Assembly: GCA_038063915.1 (NCBI GenBank)
Contig: JBBTUE010000004.1
Location: 102,719-166,718 of the forward strand
Reading direction: 5' to 3'
Length of the DNA: 64,000 nt
Source of the DNA: Patescibacteria group bacterium
Lineage (GTDB): Bacteria > Patescibacteriota > Minisyncoccia > Phycocordibacterales > UBA9973
The translations under genes were made by a program, and so were the position numbers. Under the pieces are notes generated by a model. The model was not told the origin of the DNA. It was given only the letters and a program-made list of their open reading frames with translations, and made no database searches. Of the stretch, positions 29,392 through 39,799 are shown one piece after another (positions within the stretch are counted from its first letter, which is position 1; each line of letters begins with the position of its first letter).

Positions 29392-30903
29392 TTATTTCAT
29401 CACCATAATAAAAGCTTCTAATACATCACCAGGAGCAATATCTATCTTGGACTCTATGGATATACCGCAGTCTGTCTCCTCTAAGACTTCCTTAGCCTTT
29501 ATCTTATTTGTCTGTAGCCCGATTATTTTACCCCGACCAATTTCAAAATCCCGTCTGATAACTCGGACATTACCATTGTCAGTTATACGTCCTGTAATAA
29601 CCTTACCCCCTACGACTTGTCTATCACGAGTAGCACCAAAAGTTTTTAGAACCTTAAGCATCCCGGTGATCTCTACTTGCTCTTGTCTAGGACGCCTTTC
29701 ATTAATTGTTTCTTTTAACCAATCGATCAGTTTGTAAATGATATCGAAGATCTGAATATTTACTTTTAGAGACTCATTTAAATCACGAGCTCCGTTATCA
29801 ACCTTTGTATTGAAACCCACTACAATAGTGTCTTTATTTACATTAGCCATTTTTAGATCGGATTCATTTATTGCTCCGACGCCCTTGCTTATAATTTTAT
29901 AAGCTATATCATCTCCATTTAATTTACTTATTTCTTTTTCAAGCGCTTCTATAGTTCCCGAGACGTCAGTCTTTATCAATAGAGGTATTATTTTATTGGC
30001 CTGCATAATTGATTCCTCGGATACTTTTGGTAAGGATTTCTCTCTTTTTATTGTGTTTACATATTCTTCGGCTTCCTTCTTAGTATGAAATGATAGAAAT
30101 GTGGATCCAACTTCTGGCATAGATTCAAATCCGACAAGTCGGACAGGGGAGGAAAATGTAGCTTCTTTGATGGGTTTTCCTAGAAAATTCTCGAGTATTC
30201 TTGTAGTAACTATAGCCTCACCGCAAGCTATAAACATTCCAGATGAGAGTGTCCCGTCCTTTATAATAGCAGTTGCTGATATGCCACGCTTTGGTTCACG
30301 ATTTGCTTCGATGATGATACCTGAGGCGTCTAAATCCCTATCTCCAGTTAGTGCATGCATCATAGATACAAGTAATATCATATCCAATAATTCTGGCACA
30401 CCAGTACCTTCCTTTGCAGAGATAAGTACAAATGGAATATCTCCACCCATACCTTCTAGATATATTCCTTTTTCTACTAAATCCATTTTTACTTTCTCTA
30501 CATTTGCATTTTGTTTATCAATTTTATTAATTGCAACAATGTAGGGGATTTTATTATCTATTATAGTATTGTAAGCTTCAAGTGTCTGAGCTTTTACTCC
30601 ATCTTCAGCTGATACCACCAAAATAGCAATATCAGAAGTCACTGCACCTCTTGCGCGCATTTTCGAGAACGCTTCATGCCCTGGTGTGTCTAGGAATGTT
30701 ATCAATTTATCGATACCGTTCTCATCTTTATGTATTACTTCGTATGCGCTTATGTGTTGAGTAATACCTCCAGCTTCATCAGATACGATGTTAGACTTTC
30801 GAATATAGTCAAGCAGTGTTGATTTGCCATGGTCCACATGGCCCATCACACAAGCGACAGGGGGACGTTCCACGATATGTGATTTTTTTTCTTTTGCGTT
30901 CAT
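29392..30903 (-). CDS. infB: translation initiation factor IF-2 (short form lacking N-terminal domains)
   Basis: RPPVACVMGHVDHGKSTLLD G-domain, DTPGHEAF, NKIDK; 503 aa. Confidence 0.9.
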   Translation of the reverse strand: MNAKEKKSHIVERPPVACVMGHVDHGKSTLLDYIRKSNIVSDEAGGITQHISAYEVIHKDENGIDKLITFLDTPGHEAFSKMRARGAVTSDIAILVVSAEDGVKAQTLEAYNTIIDNKIPYIVAINKIDKQNANVEKVKMDLVEKGIYLEGMGGDIPFVLISAKEGTGVPELLDMILLVSMMHALTGDRDLDASGIIIEANREPKRGISATAIIKDGTLSSGMFIACGEAIVTTRILENFLGKPIKEATFSSPVRLVGFESMPEVGSTFLSFHTKKEAEEYVNTIKREKSLPKVSEESIMQANKIIPLLIKTDVSGTIEALEKEISKLNGDDIAYKIISKGVGAINESDLKMANVNKDTIVVGFNTKVDNGARDLNESLKVNIQIFDIIYKLIDWLKETINERRPRQEQVEITGMLKVLKTFGATRDRQVVGGKVITGRITDNGNVRVIRRDFEIGRGKIIGLQTNKIKAKEVLEETDCGISIESKIDIAPGDVLEAFIMVMK

Positions 30904-30920
30904 ATATGTTAATTTTTCCG

Positions 30921-31370
30921 CTATCTGTCTTTGGATTTTTTTAATACTTCTTTCTCTTCTGTAGATAATTCAAACTCCGATTTACCGTTGTTTATAGGTT
31001 TTGCAAATATACTCATACGATCACGAGCATAAAGACTAGATATTATTACCCCGTCTCCTTTATCATTTAGAAAGGATATAGCAAAGCTCTGGTTACTTCC
31101 AGCATCTAGGAATGGGTTAAAGCGAATTGTCTCGACGCTTCTTATCGATTTATCGAGCCTACTATCTACTGTTATAAGATGGCTATTTATCTCAAGCTGG
31201 GTCTTCTTTAAATTTTCAACCTGCTTGAATATGTCAGTCATCAGTTCTTCTAAATCCTCAGCTTTTTTGCCTACGAAGAACTTTTTCAATCTACGTTCAG
31301 TCAACATCACCCATACCAAGAGGATGACAATTATACCAGCTAGTATATAGATTAATACGAGTGTATTCAT
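30921..31370 (-). CDS. hypothetical membrane-anchored protein (DUF4446-like)
   Basis: Single N-terminal TM, coiled-coil, conserved RFNPF motif; upstream of infB where nusA normally sits. Confidence 0.4.
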   Translation of the reverse strand: MNTLVLIYILAGIIVILLVWVMLTERRLKKFFVGKKAEDLEELMTDIFKQVENLKKTQLEINSHLITVDSRLDKSIRSVETIRFNPFLDAGSNQSFAISFLNDKGDGVIISSLYARDRMSIFAKPINNGKSEFELSTEEKEVLKKSKDR

Positions 31371-31440
31371 AACTAAGAAGAGTATATATGAATTGGAGTG
31401 TTTTTACAATGCTGTGATATAGTAATGACACAACTAAAAT

Positions 31441-32655
31441 ATGGCTAAAAAACATCAAAATACTATATATCTAGACCACGCAAGTGCCACACCTATAGAT
31501 TCTAGTGTGGCTAAACTTATATCTCTATATGAGCGTAGATATTTTGCTAATGCTTCGTCTATCCACAAAGGTGGGGTAGAAACACAAAAGGTAATTGAGA
31601 ACGCCCGAGAGCAAATCGCCAAGCTTATATTCGCTCATAGTGATGAGATTATCTTCACCGGCAGTGGCACAGAGAGTGATGCCCTTGCTATAATTGGCGT
31701 TGTTCGTGGGTACAAGGGCAAAAATATTCCTCATATAATAACAACAACCATAGAACATTCAGCTGTACTTGAGAATTGCAGGATGCTTGAAAAAAATCGA
31801 GAAGCCGAAGTAACTTATATTATGCCTGATGCGGATGGAATAATAAATCCAAAAGACGTAAGAGATGCACTCAAAGTAAGTACTGCCCTAGTATCGGTCA
31901 TGTACGCCAACAATGAAATTGGAACCGTACAACCCATACAAGAGATTGCGAAGATAATTAGACATTATAGAAAAAATACAAATTCTTCCTTTCCTCTTTT
32001 ACACACTGATGCCTGCCAAGCGATGAATTACTTGCCAACCGAGAATATTGAGAAGCTCGGAGTGGACTTGCTCACATTTAATAGTTCTAAAATTTACGGA
32101 CCAAAAGGAGTCGGTGTTTTATATAAAAAAAGAGGAGTAAATCTTGCACCTATCTACCTTGGTGGTGGACAAGAGTTTGGATTGCGATCAGGGACCGAAA
32201 ATATAGCGGGGATTGCTGGCGTTGCTCTAGCACTTTCACAAACATTTAGGATAAAGAAAAAAGAATCAACCAGATTAATAAAACTTCGCGACTATGGAAT
32301 TAAAAAGTTACTATCCCTATCTCATGTATCTGGCTATGAAATAATTCTAAATGGAGATAAGGTAAAAAGATTACCGAACAATATAAATATATCTATCTCT
32401 GGAATTTCAAGCGAGCTCCTTGTTATCGAACTTGATGCGAAGGGAATACAAGTCTCTGCCAAAAGCGCTTGCAAGAGTGAGGAACTAGATGAATCATATG
32501 TCATTGGCGCTCTCCGTAAGGCACAAAATATTAAACCAAACACAACTGACGGTTCGCTTCGTATCTCACTCGGAAGACAAACAAAAAAAGGTGATATTGA
32601 TGCATTATTCAAAGCCCTTAAAGAAATTCTAGCCAAATATAGGAAGTGGAAATAG
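31441..32655 (+). CDS. cysteine desulfurase (NifS/IscS family, class V aminotransferase)
   Basis: LDHASATP, TGSGTESD, HTDACQA, PLP-lysine in SSKIYGPKGVG. Confidence 0.8.
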   Translation: MAKKHQNTIYLDHASATPIDSSVAKLISLYERRYFANASSIHKGGVETQKVIENAREQIAKLIFAHSDEIIFTGSGTESDALAIIGVVRGYKGKNIPHIITTTIEHSAVLENCRMLEKNREAEVTYIMPDADGIINPKDVRDALKVSTALVSVMYANNEIGTVQPIQEIAKIIRHYRKNTNSSFPLLHTDACQAMNYLPTENIEKLGVDLLTFNSSKIYGPKGVGVLYKKRGVNLAPIYLGGGQEFGLRSGTENIAGIAGVALALSQTFRIKKKESTRLIKLRDYGIKKLLSLSHVSGYEIILNGDKVKRLPNNINISISGISSELLVIELDAKGIQVSAKSACKSEELDESYVIGALRKAQNIKPNTTDGSLRISLGRQTKKGDIDALFKALKEILAKYRKWK

Positions 32656-32682
32656 AGTAGACGGCTGTGATATAATAGGGGG

Positions 32683-33255
32683 ATGGATATCAAAGAACTC
32701 AATAAAACCCAGCTTATATTACTTACTCTCTTGATCACTTTTGTGGTCTCTATTGCTACGGGGATAATAACTGTGTCTATAATGCAACAGATGCCCAAGA
32801 GTGTTCCCCAAACCATAAATAATGTAATTCAGCGCACAATTGAGAAAATTACAACGGCTCCAGCTGTCATAACTGTATCTGATAAAACAGAAGAAAATAA
32901 GACACCTACGGTTGTATTTGGAGAAGGAGATGCGGTTATCAATATTTACTCTATCGAGGCAGTAGTGCCTCCGCCTACAACAATCGAGGGAGAAACAAAA
33001 ACAGAAGCTCCTAAGCCACTAGGTCAAGGAATTATAATCTCCGATACAGGGCTCGTGCTGGTTGACTCGGATATTCTCGTTGACAAGGAATTGTATAAAG
33101 TTGTTCTAGATAAAATAGAATTTGACGCTACCATTTTAATGAAGTTCCCAAATGGATTTACTGTTCTTAAAATAAGTCCAAAGAAAGTCCTCCCTGTCAA
33201 AGAAGAGCCAAAGAAGGATAATGGTGTGGTTCCTCCAATTGACAACAAACCATAG
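32683..33255 (+). CDS. hypothetical membrane-anchored protein
   Basis: One N-terminal TM; TGnTATAAT box at 32666-32676 only 6 nt before the ATG, so possibly leaderless. Confidence 0.5.
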   Translation: MDIKELNKTQLILLTLLITFVVSIATGIITVSIMQQMPKSVPQTINNVIQRTIEKITTAPAVITVSDKTEENKTPTVVFGEGDAVINIYSIEAVVPPPTTIEGETKTEAPKPLGQGIIISDTGLVLVDSDILVDKELYKVVLDKIEFDATILMKFPNGFTVLKISPKKVLPVKEEPKKDNGVVPPIDNKP

Positions 33256-33292
33256 AAATTTTAAAATCCCTTCTCATTCGTAATTATCACAT

Positions 33293-35989
33293 ATGCCACC
33301 ATTCAATCATTTTACAACTAAAGCTAAAGAAGCCATTCGTAAAGCCCACGAGCTGGCTATTGAGCGTGGGCAGAATCACGTCAATGCACTTCACTTACTC
33401 ACTTCTCTTCTAATTCAAGAGGACTCCCTAGTAGTATCAATACTAGATCGTATGGATATCGATACTATGCTAATGACAGACAACCTCATTGAGATGATAG
33501 AATCTCCAGAGAATCGCAATACCCTTTCGCCTTCATACCAACTTTATCTCACTCCTGATTTAGCTTCCGTTATAGAGAATTCTAGTAAAGTCGCGGCGAC
33601 ATTGAAAGATGAATTTGTGTCGACGGAGCATTTATTTGTGTCACTACTTGAGACACCCGGCGAGGCTCGTGAACTTTTAGGTAAATTTAAAATCGAGAAA
33701 GATCAAGTAGTGAGTGTCCTTGAAGTATTTAGAAATGAAAACGTTACCGAATCAAGCGGTGGCAAGAAACACAAGCTTCTAGCAAAATTTACTCGCAACC
33801 TGACAGACCTCGCCCGCGCCGACAAGCTCGACCCAGTCATCGGTCGTGATAATGAAATCATGCGCATGATGCAGATACTCTCTCGTCGTACCAAGAACAA
33901 TCCAATATTAATAGGGGAGGCTGGCACAGGCAAGACGGCTGTCGCTGAAGCCTTAGCGCAGAGGATAGCCAAAAATGACGTCCCAGAGAGCCTACGGGAT
34001 AAAGAGATGGTATCCCTTGATTTAGGCTTACTTCTATCCGGCACAAAGTATCGTGGTGAGTTTGAGGAGAGACTCAGAGGTATCATGAAAGAAATAGAAA
34101 AATCCGACGGTAAAATAATTCTCTTCATAGATGAGATCCATACTATTGTCGGCGCAGGATCTGCCGAGGGGTCACTTGACGCATCAAACATGCTAAAGCC
34201 CGCGCTTGCGCGAGGCGAGCTCCGTGCTATCGGTGCAACGACACTAAAAGAATATCAAAAACATATAGAAAAAGACCCAGCTCTTGCACGTCGCTTCCAA
34301 CCAATATTTATCGACGAACCAAGTACCGATGATGCTGTGGCAATACTCCGAGGACTCAAAGAAAAATATGAACTTTTCCACGGTGTTCGTATTACCGATG
34401 ATGCGATTATATCGGCAGTCAATCTTTCGACTCGATATATTACAAATAGATATCTGCCCGATAAAGCAGTCGACCTCATCGATGAAGCTGCATCTGCTCT
34501 TCGCCTATCCCTTGAGAATAAACCACAAGTTTTAGAAGATGCCGATCGCAAGATTATGCGATTTGAAATCGAGAAGGAAGCACTCTCCAAAGAAATAGAG
34601 CGAGTATCAAGTAAATCCGAAGAACACAAGAATGCGAAAGCACGGGTTAAAGATATTGATAAAGAAATTGGTAATTTAAAAGAGAAAACCCGAGAGCTTG
34701 AACTCAAGTGGAAGAATGAAAAAGAGACAGTCATAGAAATACGTTCAATAAAGAAAGAATTAGAAGCGCTCCGCTTAGAAGGCGAGAGTGCTGAGATGCG
34801 TTCCGACCTTGCCCGTGCCGCCGAGATTCGCTATGGCCGAATCCCAGAACTACAGAGTAAATTGGAGACGAAACTCTCACGGCTAAAGAAACTTCAGAAG
34901 TCACGTCGAATTCTAAAAGAAGATATTACCGCCGAAGATATTGCCGAAGTGGTATCGCGTTGGACCGGTATCCCACTTGTCAAAATGCTCGAAGAAGAGC
35001 GTGAGAAACTTGCAAATATGGAGAGTGAGCTCAGAAAGCGTGTCGTTGGCCAAGACGAAGCGATAACCAAAATTGCCAACGTCGTCCGCAGATCACGCGC
35101 CGGTATTTCTGATCCAAATAAGCCCATTGGCTCATTTATATTCCTCGGTCCGACTGGTGTCGGTAAGACTGAGCTCACCAAAACTCTAGCCCAGTTCATG
35201 TTCAACGACGATAAGGCCCTCATCCGCGTAGATATGAGTGAATATATGGAGCGCCATAGTGTATCGAAACTCATTGGCTCTCCACCCGGATACGTCGGCT
35301 ACGATGAGTCTGGTAATCTGACCGAGGCTGTTCGCCACCGACCTTACTCGGTGATACTTTTCGACGAAATAGAAAAGGCTCACCCCGAAGTGTTCAATGT
35401 GCTCCTCCAAGTTCTCGACGAAGGTCGCCTGACAGATGCCAAGGGCCGGATAGTAAACTTCAAAAATACTATCATCATCATGACATCAAATATCGGTTCG
35501 AATTTTATTGAAAAGATGGAGTCACTCGGATTTACTAATTCAAAAAAGAATGAATATGCTGAGACAAAAGAAAAAGTCCTCGGATCACTCAAAGATCACT
35601 TCCGCCCAGAATTCCTAAACCGTATAGATGATACAATTGTGTTTGATATTTTATCTATCGAAGTCATCCGGCATATAGTGGATTTGAAAATCCAAGTTAT
35701 AAAAGAAAGATTACAAAGTAAAAATATTGAGCTTGAAATAACTGATGATGCTCTATCCTATCTTGCGCGTGAAGGTTACAACCCTCACTACGGGGCAAGA
35801 CCTCTAGGCAGACTAATCCAAAATAAAATTCTAAATCCTATCGCATCGTTTATCATAGGTAAAGGTGTGAAAAAAGGCGATATTGTCACAGTAAATATTA
35901 AAGACAATGACTTAGTCATTGAAATGAAGAAAAAGAAAATCAAATCTGACTTCAAAGTTTCCAAGACTTCATCTTACAATAGTAAATAA
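33293..35989 (+). CDS. clpB: chaperone ClpB (AAA+ disaggregase)
   Basis: Clp_N repeats, NBD1 Walker A GEAGTGKT, long coiled-coil M-domain, NBD2 GPTGVGKTE; 898 aa. Confidence 0.9.
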   Translation: MPPFNHFTTKAKEAIRKAHELAIERGQNHVNALHLLTSLLIQEDSLVVSILDRMDIDTMLMTDNLIEMIESPENRNTLSPSYQLYLTPDLASVIENSSKVAATLKDEFVSTEHLFVSLLETPGEARELLGKFKIEKDQVVSVLEVFRNENVTESSGGKKHKLLAKFTRNLTDLARADKLDPVIGRDNEIMRMMQILSRRTKNNPILIGEAGTGKTAVAEALAQRIAKNDVPESLRDKEMVSLDLGLLLSGTKYRGEFEERLRGIMKEIEKSDGKIILFIDEIHTIVGAGSAEGSLDASNMLKPALARGELRAIGATTLKEYQKHIEKDPALARRFQPIFIDEPSTDDAVAILRGLKEKYELFHGVRITDDAIISAVNLSTRYITNRYLPDKAVDLIDEAASALRLSLENKPQVLEDADRKIMRFEIEKEALSKEIERVSSKSEEHKNAKARVKDIDKEIGNLKEKTRELELKWKNEKETVIEIRSIKKELEALRLEGESAEMRSDLARAAEIRYGRIPELQSKLETKLSRLKKLQKSRRILKEDITAEDIAEVVSRWTGIPLVKMLEEEREKLANMESELRKRVVGQDEAITKIANVVRRSRAGISDPNKPIGSFIFLGPTGVGKTELTKTLAQFMFNDDKALIRVDMSEYMERHSVSKLIGSPPGYVGYDESGNLTEAVRHRPYSVILFDEIEKAHPEVFNVLLQVLDEGRLTDAKGRIVNFKNTIIIMTSNIGSNFIEKMESLGFTNSKKNEYAETKEKVLGSLKDHFRPEFLNRIDDTIVFDILSIEVIRHIVDLKIQVIKERLQSKNIELEITDDALSYLAREGYNPHYGARPLGRLIQNKILNPIASFIIGKGVKKGDIVTVNIKDNDLVIEMKKKKIKSDFKVSKTSSYNSK

Positions 35990-35993
35990 AAAA

Positions 35994-36024
35994 AGCCCCC
36001 TTCATACGAAGGGCGCTTTTGTAT
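35994..36024. terminator. hairpin terminator
   Basis: cccttc-atac-gaaggg followed by cgcttttgtattt; between convergent clpB and lipoprotein genes. Confidence 0.5.
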
Positions 36025-36043
36025 TTAGCAAAATCCAAACATC

Positions 36044-36820
36044 CTATTTAGGGCTCTCCTCATTGAGATCAAGGTCAACGAGTTGGTCACCCTTACCAAT
36101 GTGGATGTTACCAACCGTGATAGAACCTGCGCCGGTATTTTTGATGACGAACATCGGCTTTTGGCCAAAGTTTTCCGGCATTACAACGGTAGTGTTGGCT
36201 TCAGCAGTTGCACTGGCGTTGTTCTCCACAGATACTGGCTGAACCGGGTTTGCTACCCAACGTTCACTTCCTTCTTCACCAGCGGGAGGATCATTTCTGC
36301 GCCTTCCTGCTCCTGTTGCAGCTGGTGTATTATTCCTCATCGCCATGAAGAGGAGATAACCAAGCCACAAAATGAATGCCAGTAAAGCTAACGGCCACAG
36401 AACCTGGAAAATATCGCTCAACCAATTCGGCATCCAGTTAAAACCAGAATGCGAAGAGGAAGATTGATTAATTCCTGAATTGTCGCTGTCGGAATTGTCG
36501 GGCATTACCGGCGTTGTGCCGATAGGGAAGTAATACCAGCCTTTTGAATTCATTTCGTCGGACGAAAGGGTGATAGTCTGACCTTTGGAAAGGCAGATAA
36601 CACTGTCTTTGTACGATTTTACTTTCCGGTAAATTGATTTGCCTCCGGAGCACAAACCTATGGGTGCGGTTACCGGTACTTTCACGGTAATGCAAGTATC
36701 CATTGTGCAGGTGTAAGTGAAATTGTTTTCAACAGGGGTTGTAACTTTTGTTTTGCTGTTACAGCTTGCAAATGCAAGAACGATAGCAATTGCCATAAAG
36801 GCGAACATAACTTTTTTCAT
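36044..36820 (-). CDS. hypothetical lipoprotein with internal TM segment, GC-elevated
   Basis: Bacteroidetes-style signal/lipobox MKKVMFAFMAIAIVLAFASCNSK; central TM (LWPLALLAFILWLGYLLFMAM); ~47% GC by eye versus ~36% background. Confidence 0.55.
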   Translation of the reverse strand: MKKVMFAFMAIAIVLAFASCNSKTKVTTPVENNFTYTCTMDTCITVKVPVTAPIGLCSGGKSIYRKVKSYKDSVICLSKGQTITLSSDEMNSKGWYYFPIGTTPVMPDNSDSDNSGINQSSSSHSGFNWMPNWLSDIFQVLWPLALLAFILWLGYLLFMAMRNNTPAATGAGRRRNDPPAGEEGSERWVANPVQPVSVENNASATAEANTTVVMPENFGQKPMFVIKNTGAGSITVGNIHIGKGDQLVDLDLNEESPK

Positions 36821-36957
36821 GTTAAACTGGGTTTTGATGTTTGAAATTTTGTTTGGAAAGATCACTCCTCACATACCTCACTCTCTCCTTGTAGTATAGC
36901 ATATCCTACCCTCTTTGTCAAGAGGTGTATAGAGTTAAAATAGCCTTGGAATATATA

Positions 36958-36995
36958 TGTAAAAATCTCATAACAGAAGTTACGAGATTTTTACA
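36958..36995. repeat. perfect 12-bp-stem hairpin
   Basis: tgtaaaaatctc-N14-gagatttttaca, immediately 3' of tRNA-Tyr on the minus strand and upstream of the lipoprotein gene. Confidence 0.5.
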
Positions 36996-36998
36996 TTG

Positions 36999-37081
36999 TG
37001 CGTCGGGTTGGATTCGAACCAACGAAGGCCAAGGCCGACAGATTTACAGTCTGTTGTGATAGACCACTCCACCACCGACGC
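36999..37081 (-). tRNA. tRNA-Tyr (anticodon GTA), type II, CCA not encoded
   Basis: Reverse complement gcgtcgg-tg-gtgg...acaga ctgtaaa tctgt...gttgg ttcgaat ccaac ccgacgc a. Confidence 0.85.
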
Positions 37082-37150
37082 GGGTATTCATGAGTATACA
37101 TGCTTTTCTTCAATTTTTCAACACAAAAAAAATATGCTAAAATACAGCTT

Positions 37151-38146
37151 ATGTCACAGTTGTATAGTAATTCAATCTTCTGGATTGATGTAGATAAAGT
37201 CAAACCAAATCCGTTTCAGCCTCGTCGAGAATTCGATGAAGCTCGTCTTCGTGACCTTGCCGACTCAATACGACAGTACGGAGTCCTCCAACCACTTACC
37301 GTCTCTCGAATAGAAGTAGTAAAAGAGGATGGGGGTATCGCAGTTGAGTACGAGCTTATCGCTGGCGAGCGCAGACTAAGGGCTTCTCGGCTCGCGGGTC
37401 TCGAGCAAGTACCAGTCATCATTCGTGTCGGTGATGACAATATGGTAAAGCTCGAGCTTGCCATTATTGAAAATCTACAACGCGAAGATCTCAATTCTGT
37501 CGAGCGTGCCCGAGCTTTTTTCAGACTCAATGAAGAATTTAAATTTACTCACGGGCAAATCGGGGCCAAGGTTGGCAAGAGCCGTGAGCATGTTTCAAAT
37601 ACTCTACGCTTGCTTTCACTACCGCAAGAAATACTCGATGGGCTATCGGGCGGTAAAATCTCCGAAGGTCACACTCGACCGATACTAATGCTCGCTGATA
37701 GGCCCGAAGAGCAGATGGTGCTCTTCAAAGAGATAATGCTAAAGAAGATGACAGTCCGCGATGCCGAGAAGATAGCTCGCAAGATTGCTGTTGATCGTAT
37801 TCGCAAGAAAGAATATTTACCTGACCCCGAGCTCGCAGATCTTGAAGACAGACTCCAAGAGACTTTAGGTACTCGAGTACACATAGATCGCAAAGAGAAT
37901 GGTGGGCAGATCACTATCGACTTTTTCTCCAACGATGACTTGCGGATGATACTCGATATTATTAAATCCAACCAAATAAAAAATCCAAATGAAATGCTCG
38001 ATAGCTTTATGGCTAAGCAAGCCGGAGAATCAGTTTCTGATACTCTAGAAGAAGACTCTATCTTGCTTGATGATCGTACGACAGAAGAAAAAGCTCAGGC
38101 CGACGAAGATGCAGATCTATATAGTATTAAAAATTTCTCTATCTAG
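37151..38146 (+). CDS. parB: chromosome partitioning protein ParB/Spo0J with acidic C-terminal tail
   Basis: LQPLTV, IAGERRLRAS (box II), HTH GKSREHVSNTLRLLSLP; no parA adjacent. Confidence 0.8.
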   Translation: MSQLYSNSIFWIDVDKVKPNPFQPRREFDEARLRDLADSIRQYGVLQPLTVSRIEVVKEDGGIAVEYELIAGERRLRASRLAGLEQVPVIIRVGDDNMVKLELAIIENLQREDLNSVERARAFFRLNEEFKFTHGQIGAKVGKSREHVSNTLRLLSLPQEILDGLSGGKISEGHTRPILMLADRPEEQMVLFKEIMLKKMTVRDAEKIARKIAVDRIRKKEYLPDPELADLEDRLQETLGTRVHIDRKENGGQITIDFFSNDDLRMILDIIKSNQIKNPNEMLDSFMAKQAGESVSDTLEEDSILLDDRTTEEKAQADEDADLYSIKNFSI

Positions 38147-39615
38147 CTGTTTCCGAAAGATAAAAATTTAGAAAGCAAACTGTGCGACTTTAGATAGGTA
38201 TTTATATGTTTACGAGCAAGACCAGTCTTCGTATGGTCAAGCCATTTTGATGATGGATTGGAATTCTTGTTAACTTGGATTTCTATGATGTCATTGGTTT
38301 TAAGTTTTGTATGTAGGGCAACATTCTTGCCATTTACTTTTGCACCTTGAGCGTGGTTACCGATATCGGTGTGAATAGCATATGCAAAATCAATAACACT
38401 AGAATCCTCGGGCAAGTCTATAATGTCACCCTTTGGGGTAAAGACGAACACGCGGTCTTTAAAGAAGTCCATTTTGATTTCTCTAAGGAATTTCTCTGGA
38501 TCTTTTTTCTCACCGCTTAATTCATTTAGGTTTCGAAGCTCACGTACCCATTCGAATTGATCCAAGGCCATATTCTTACTCCCCTTGTTTTCTTTATAGG
38601 CAAAGTGAGCAGCAATACCGTATTCAGCTTCTTGGTGCATTTCATATGTACGAATCTGGACCTCCACTATTCCTCCGGTACCTGTGAATATGGTTGTATG
38701 CAGACTTCTGTAGCCGTTGAGCTTTGGCGTGGCTATATAGTCCTTGAATCGGTTTGGAAGTGGTGTCCATGTGCCGTGGATAAGCCCGAGTACGTGGTAG
38801 CAGTCGGCCACAGTGTCCACCATGACACGCAGTGCCAAGATGTCATATATCTTTGTTATATCCATCTCATACTTTTTGAGTTTTCTCCAGAGCGAGTATA
38901 AATGTTTTTGCCTGTAGTCGACGTGGGTATTTTCGATGCTATCTTTTTTTAGCTTCTTTACTAGCTCATTCTTTACTTCCATTAAATATTTTTCTTCAAC
39001 ATCTTTTTTAGAAATCAATAACGCTTTGACTTCACCATACTCTTTTGGATAAGCAAATTTAAATGCGGCATCTTCGAGTCGGCCTTTGAGGCGACCCATC
39101 GATAGCCGATTGGCCAGTGGAGCGTAAACTTCTAAAGTTTCAAGAGCGATGCGTTTCTGTTTGTCAGGGCGGACATGTTCGAGCGTCTCAATATTGTGCA
39201 GTCGATCGGCAAGTTTTATAACAAGTACTCGTAAATCTTCTGTCATTGACATAAAAAATCTCCGCAAGTTCTCGACGTTGCGCTCGATACCTTTATATTT
39301 TACAGTTCCCAATTTCGTCACACCTTGCACGAGGGATACTATTTCTTTATTAAATTCTTTCGTCAGCTCTTCCTCGGTAGTTTTTGTATCTTCGAGGACG
39401 TCGTGGAGAAACCCTGCAGTGATAACAGTCGGGCCCATCCCTAGGTCCGCTAGATTTTTAGCAGTCTTAAATACGTGGATAAAATATGGTTCACCGCTTT
39501 TACGAAGTTGGCCCTCATGCGCTTTGACTGCGAAATGGTATGCTTTCTCTATAAGCGCTTTTCCCTTAGCGCCTAAAGTAGGAGTGACTGAGAAGATTTC
39601 ATCTATCTTTGGCAT
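38143..39615 (-). CDS. rel: bifunctional (p)ppGpp synthetase/hydrolase, short RelA/SpoT homolog
   Basis: HD domain (HFAVKAHEGQLRKSGEPYFIH, HDVLED), synthetase (RFKDYIATPKLNGYRSLHT), TGS domain; start at MPKIDEIF. Confidence 0.85.
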   Translation of the reverse strand: MPKIDEIFSVTPTLGAKGKALIEKAYHFAVKAHEGQLRKSGEPYFIHVFKTAKNLADLGMGPTVITAGFLHDVLEDTKTTEEELTKEFNKEIVSLVQGVTKLGTVKYKGIERNVENLRRFFMSMTEDLRVLVIKLADRLHNIETLEHVRPDKQKRIALETLEVYAPLANRLSMGRLKGRLEDAAFKFAYPKEYGEVKALLISKKDVEEKYLMEVKNELVKKLKKDSIENTHVDYRQKHLYSLWRKLKKYEMDITKIYDILALRVMVDTVADCYHVLGLIHGTWTPLPNRFKDYIATPKLNGYRSLHTTIFTGTGGIVEVQIRTYEMHQEAEYGIAAHFAYKENKGSKNMALDQFEWVRELRNLNELSGEKKDPEKFLREIKMDFFKDRVFVFTPKGDIIDLPEDSSVIDFAYAIHTDIGNHAQGAKVNGKNVALHTKLKTNDIIEIQVNKNSNPSSKWLDHTKTGLARKHINTYLKSHSLLSKFLSFGNS

Positions 39616-39799
39616 ATAAGCTAGTATAGCCGATTGACATACTTTAGTAAAATGGTAGTATGCTAGAAAACAAATCCTCAATTCCTTAATCAAAAAAATC
39701 TATATGCAATAGTCACCCATTGTATTAATTGGTTCCGGAGCACAAAAGTACTTCGATGAAAATCTTAATATATTTAGATCGAGTGAGTTTAAGTATATA

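Noticed and set aside
33293-38146. Elevated GC of clpB and parB as a horizontal-transfer signal
   Set aside because: Highly conserved housekeeping genes in AT-rich genomes commonly have higher GC. Only the non-conserved lipoprotein gene at 36044-36820 is treated as compositionally suspicious.
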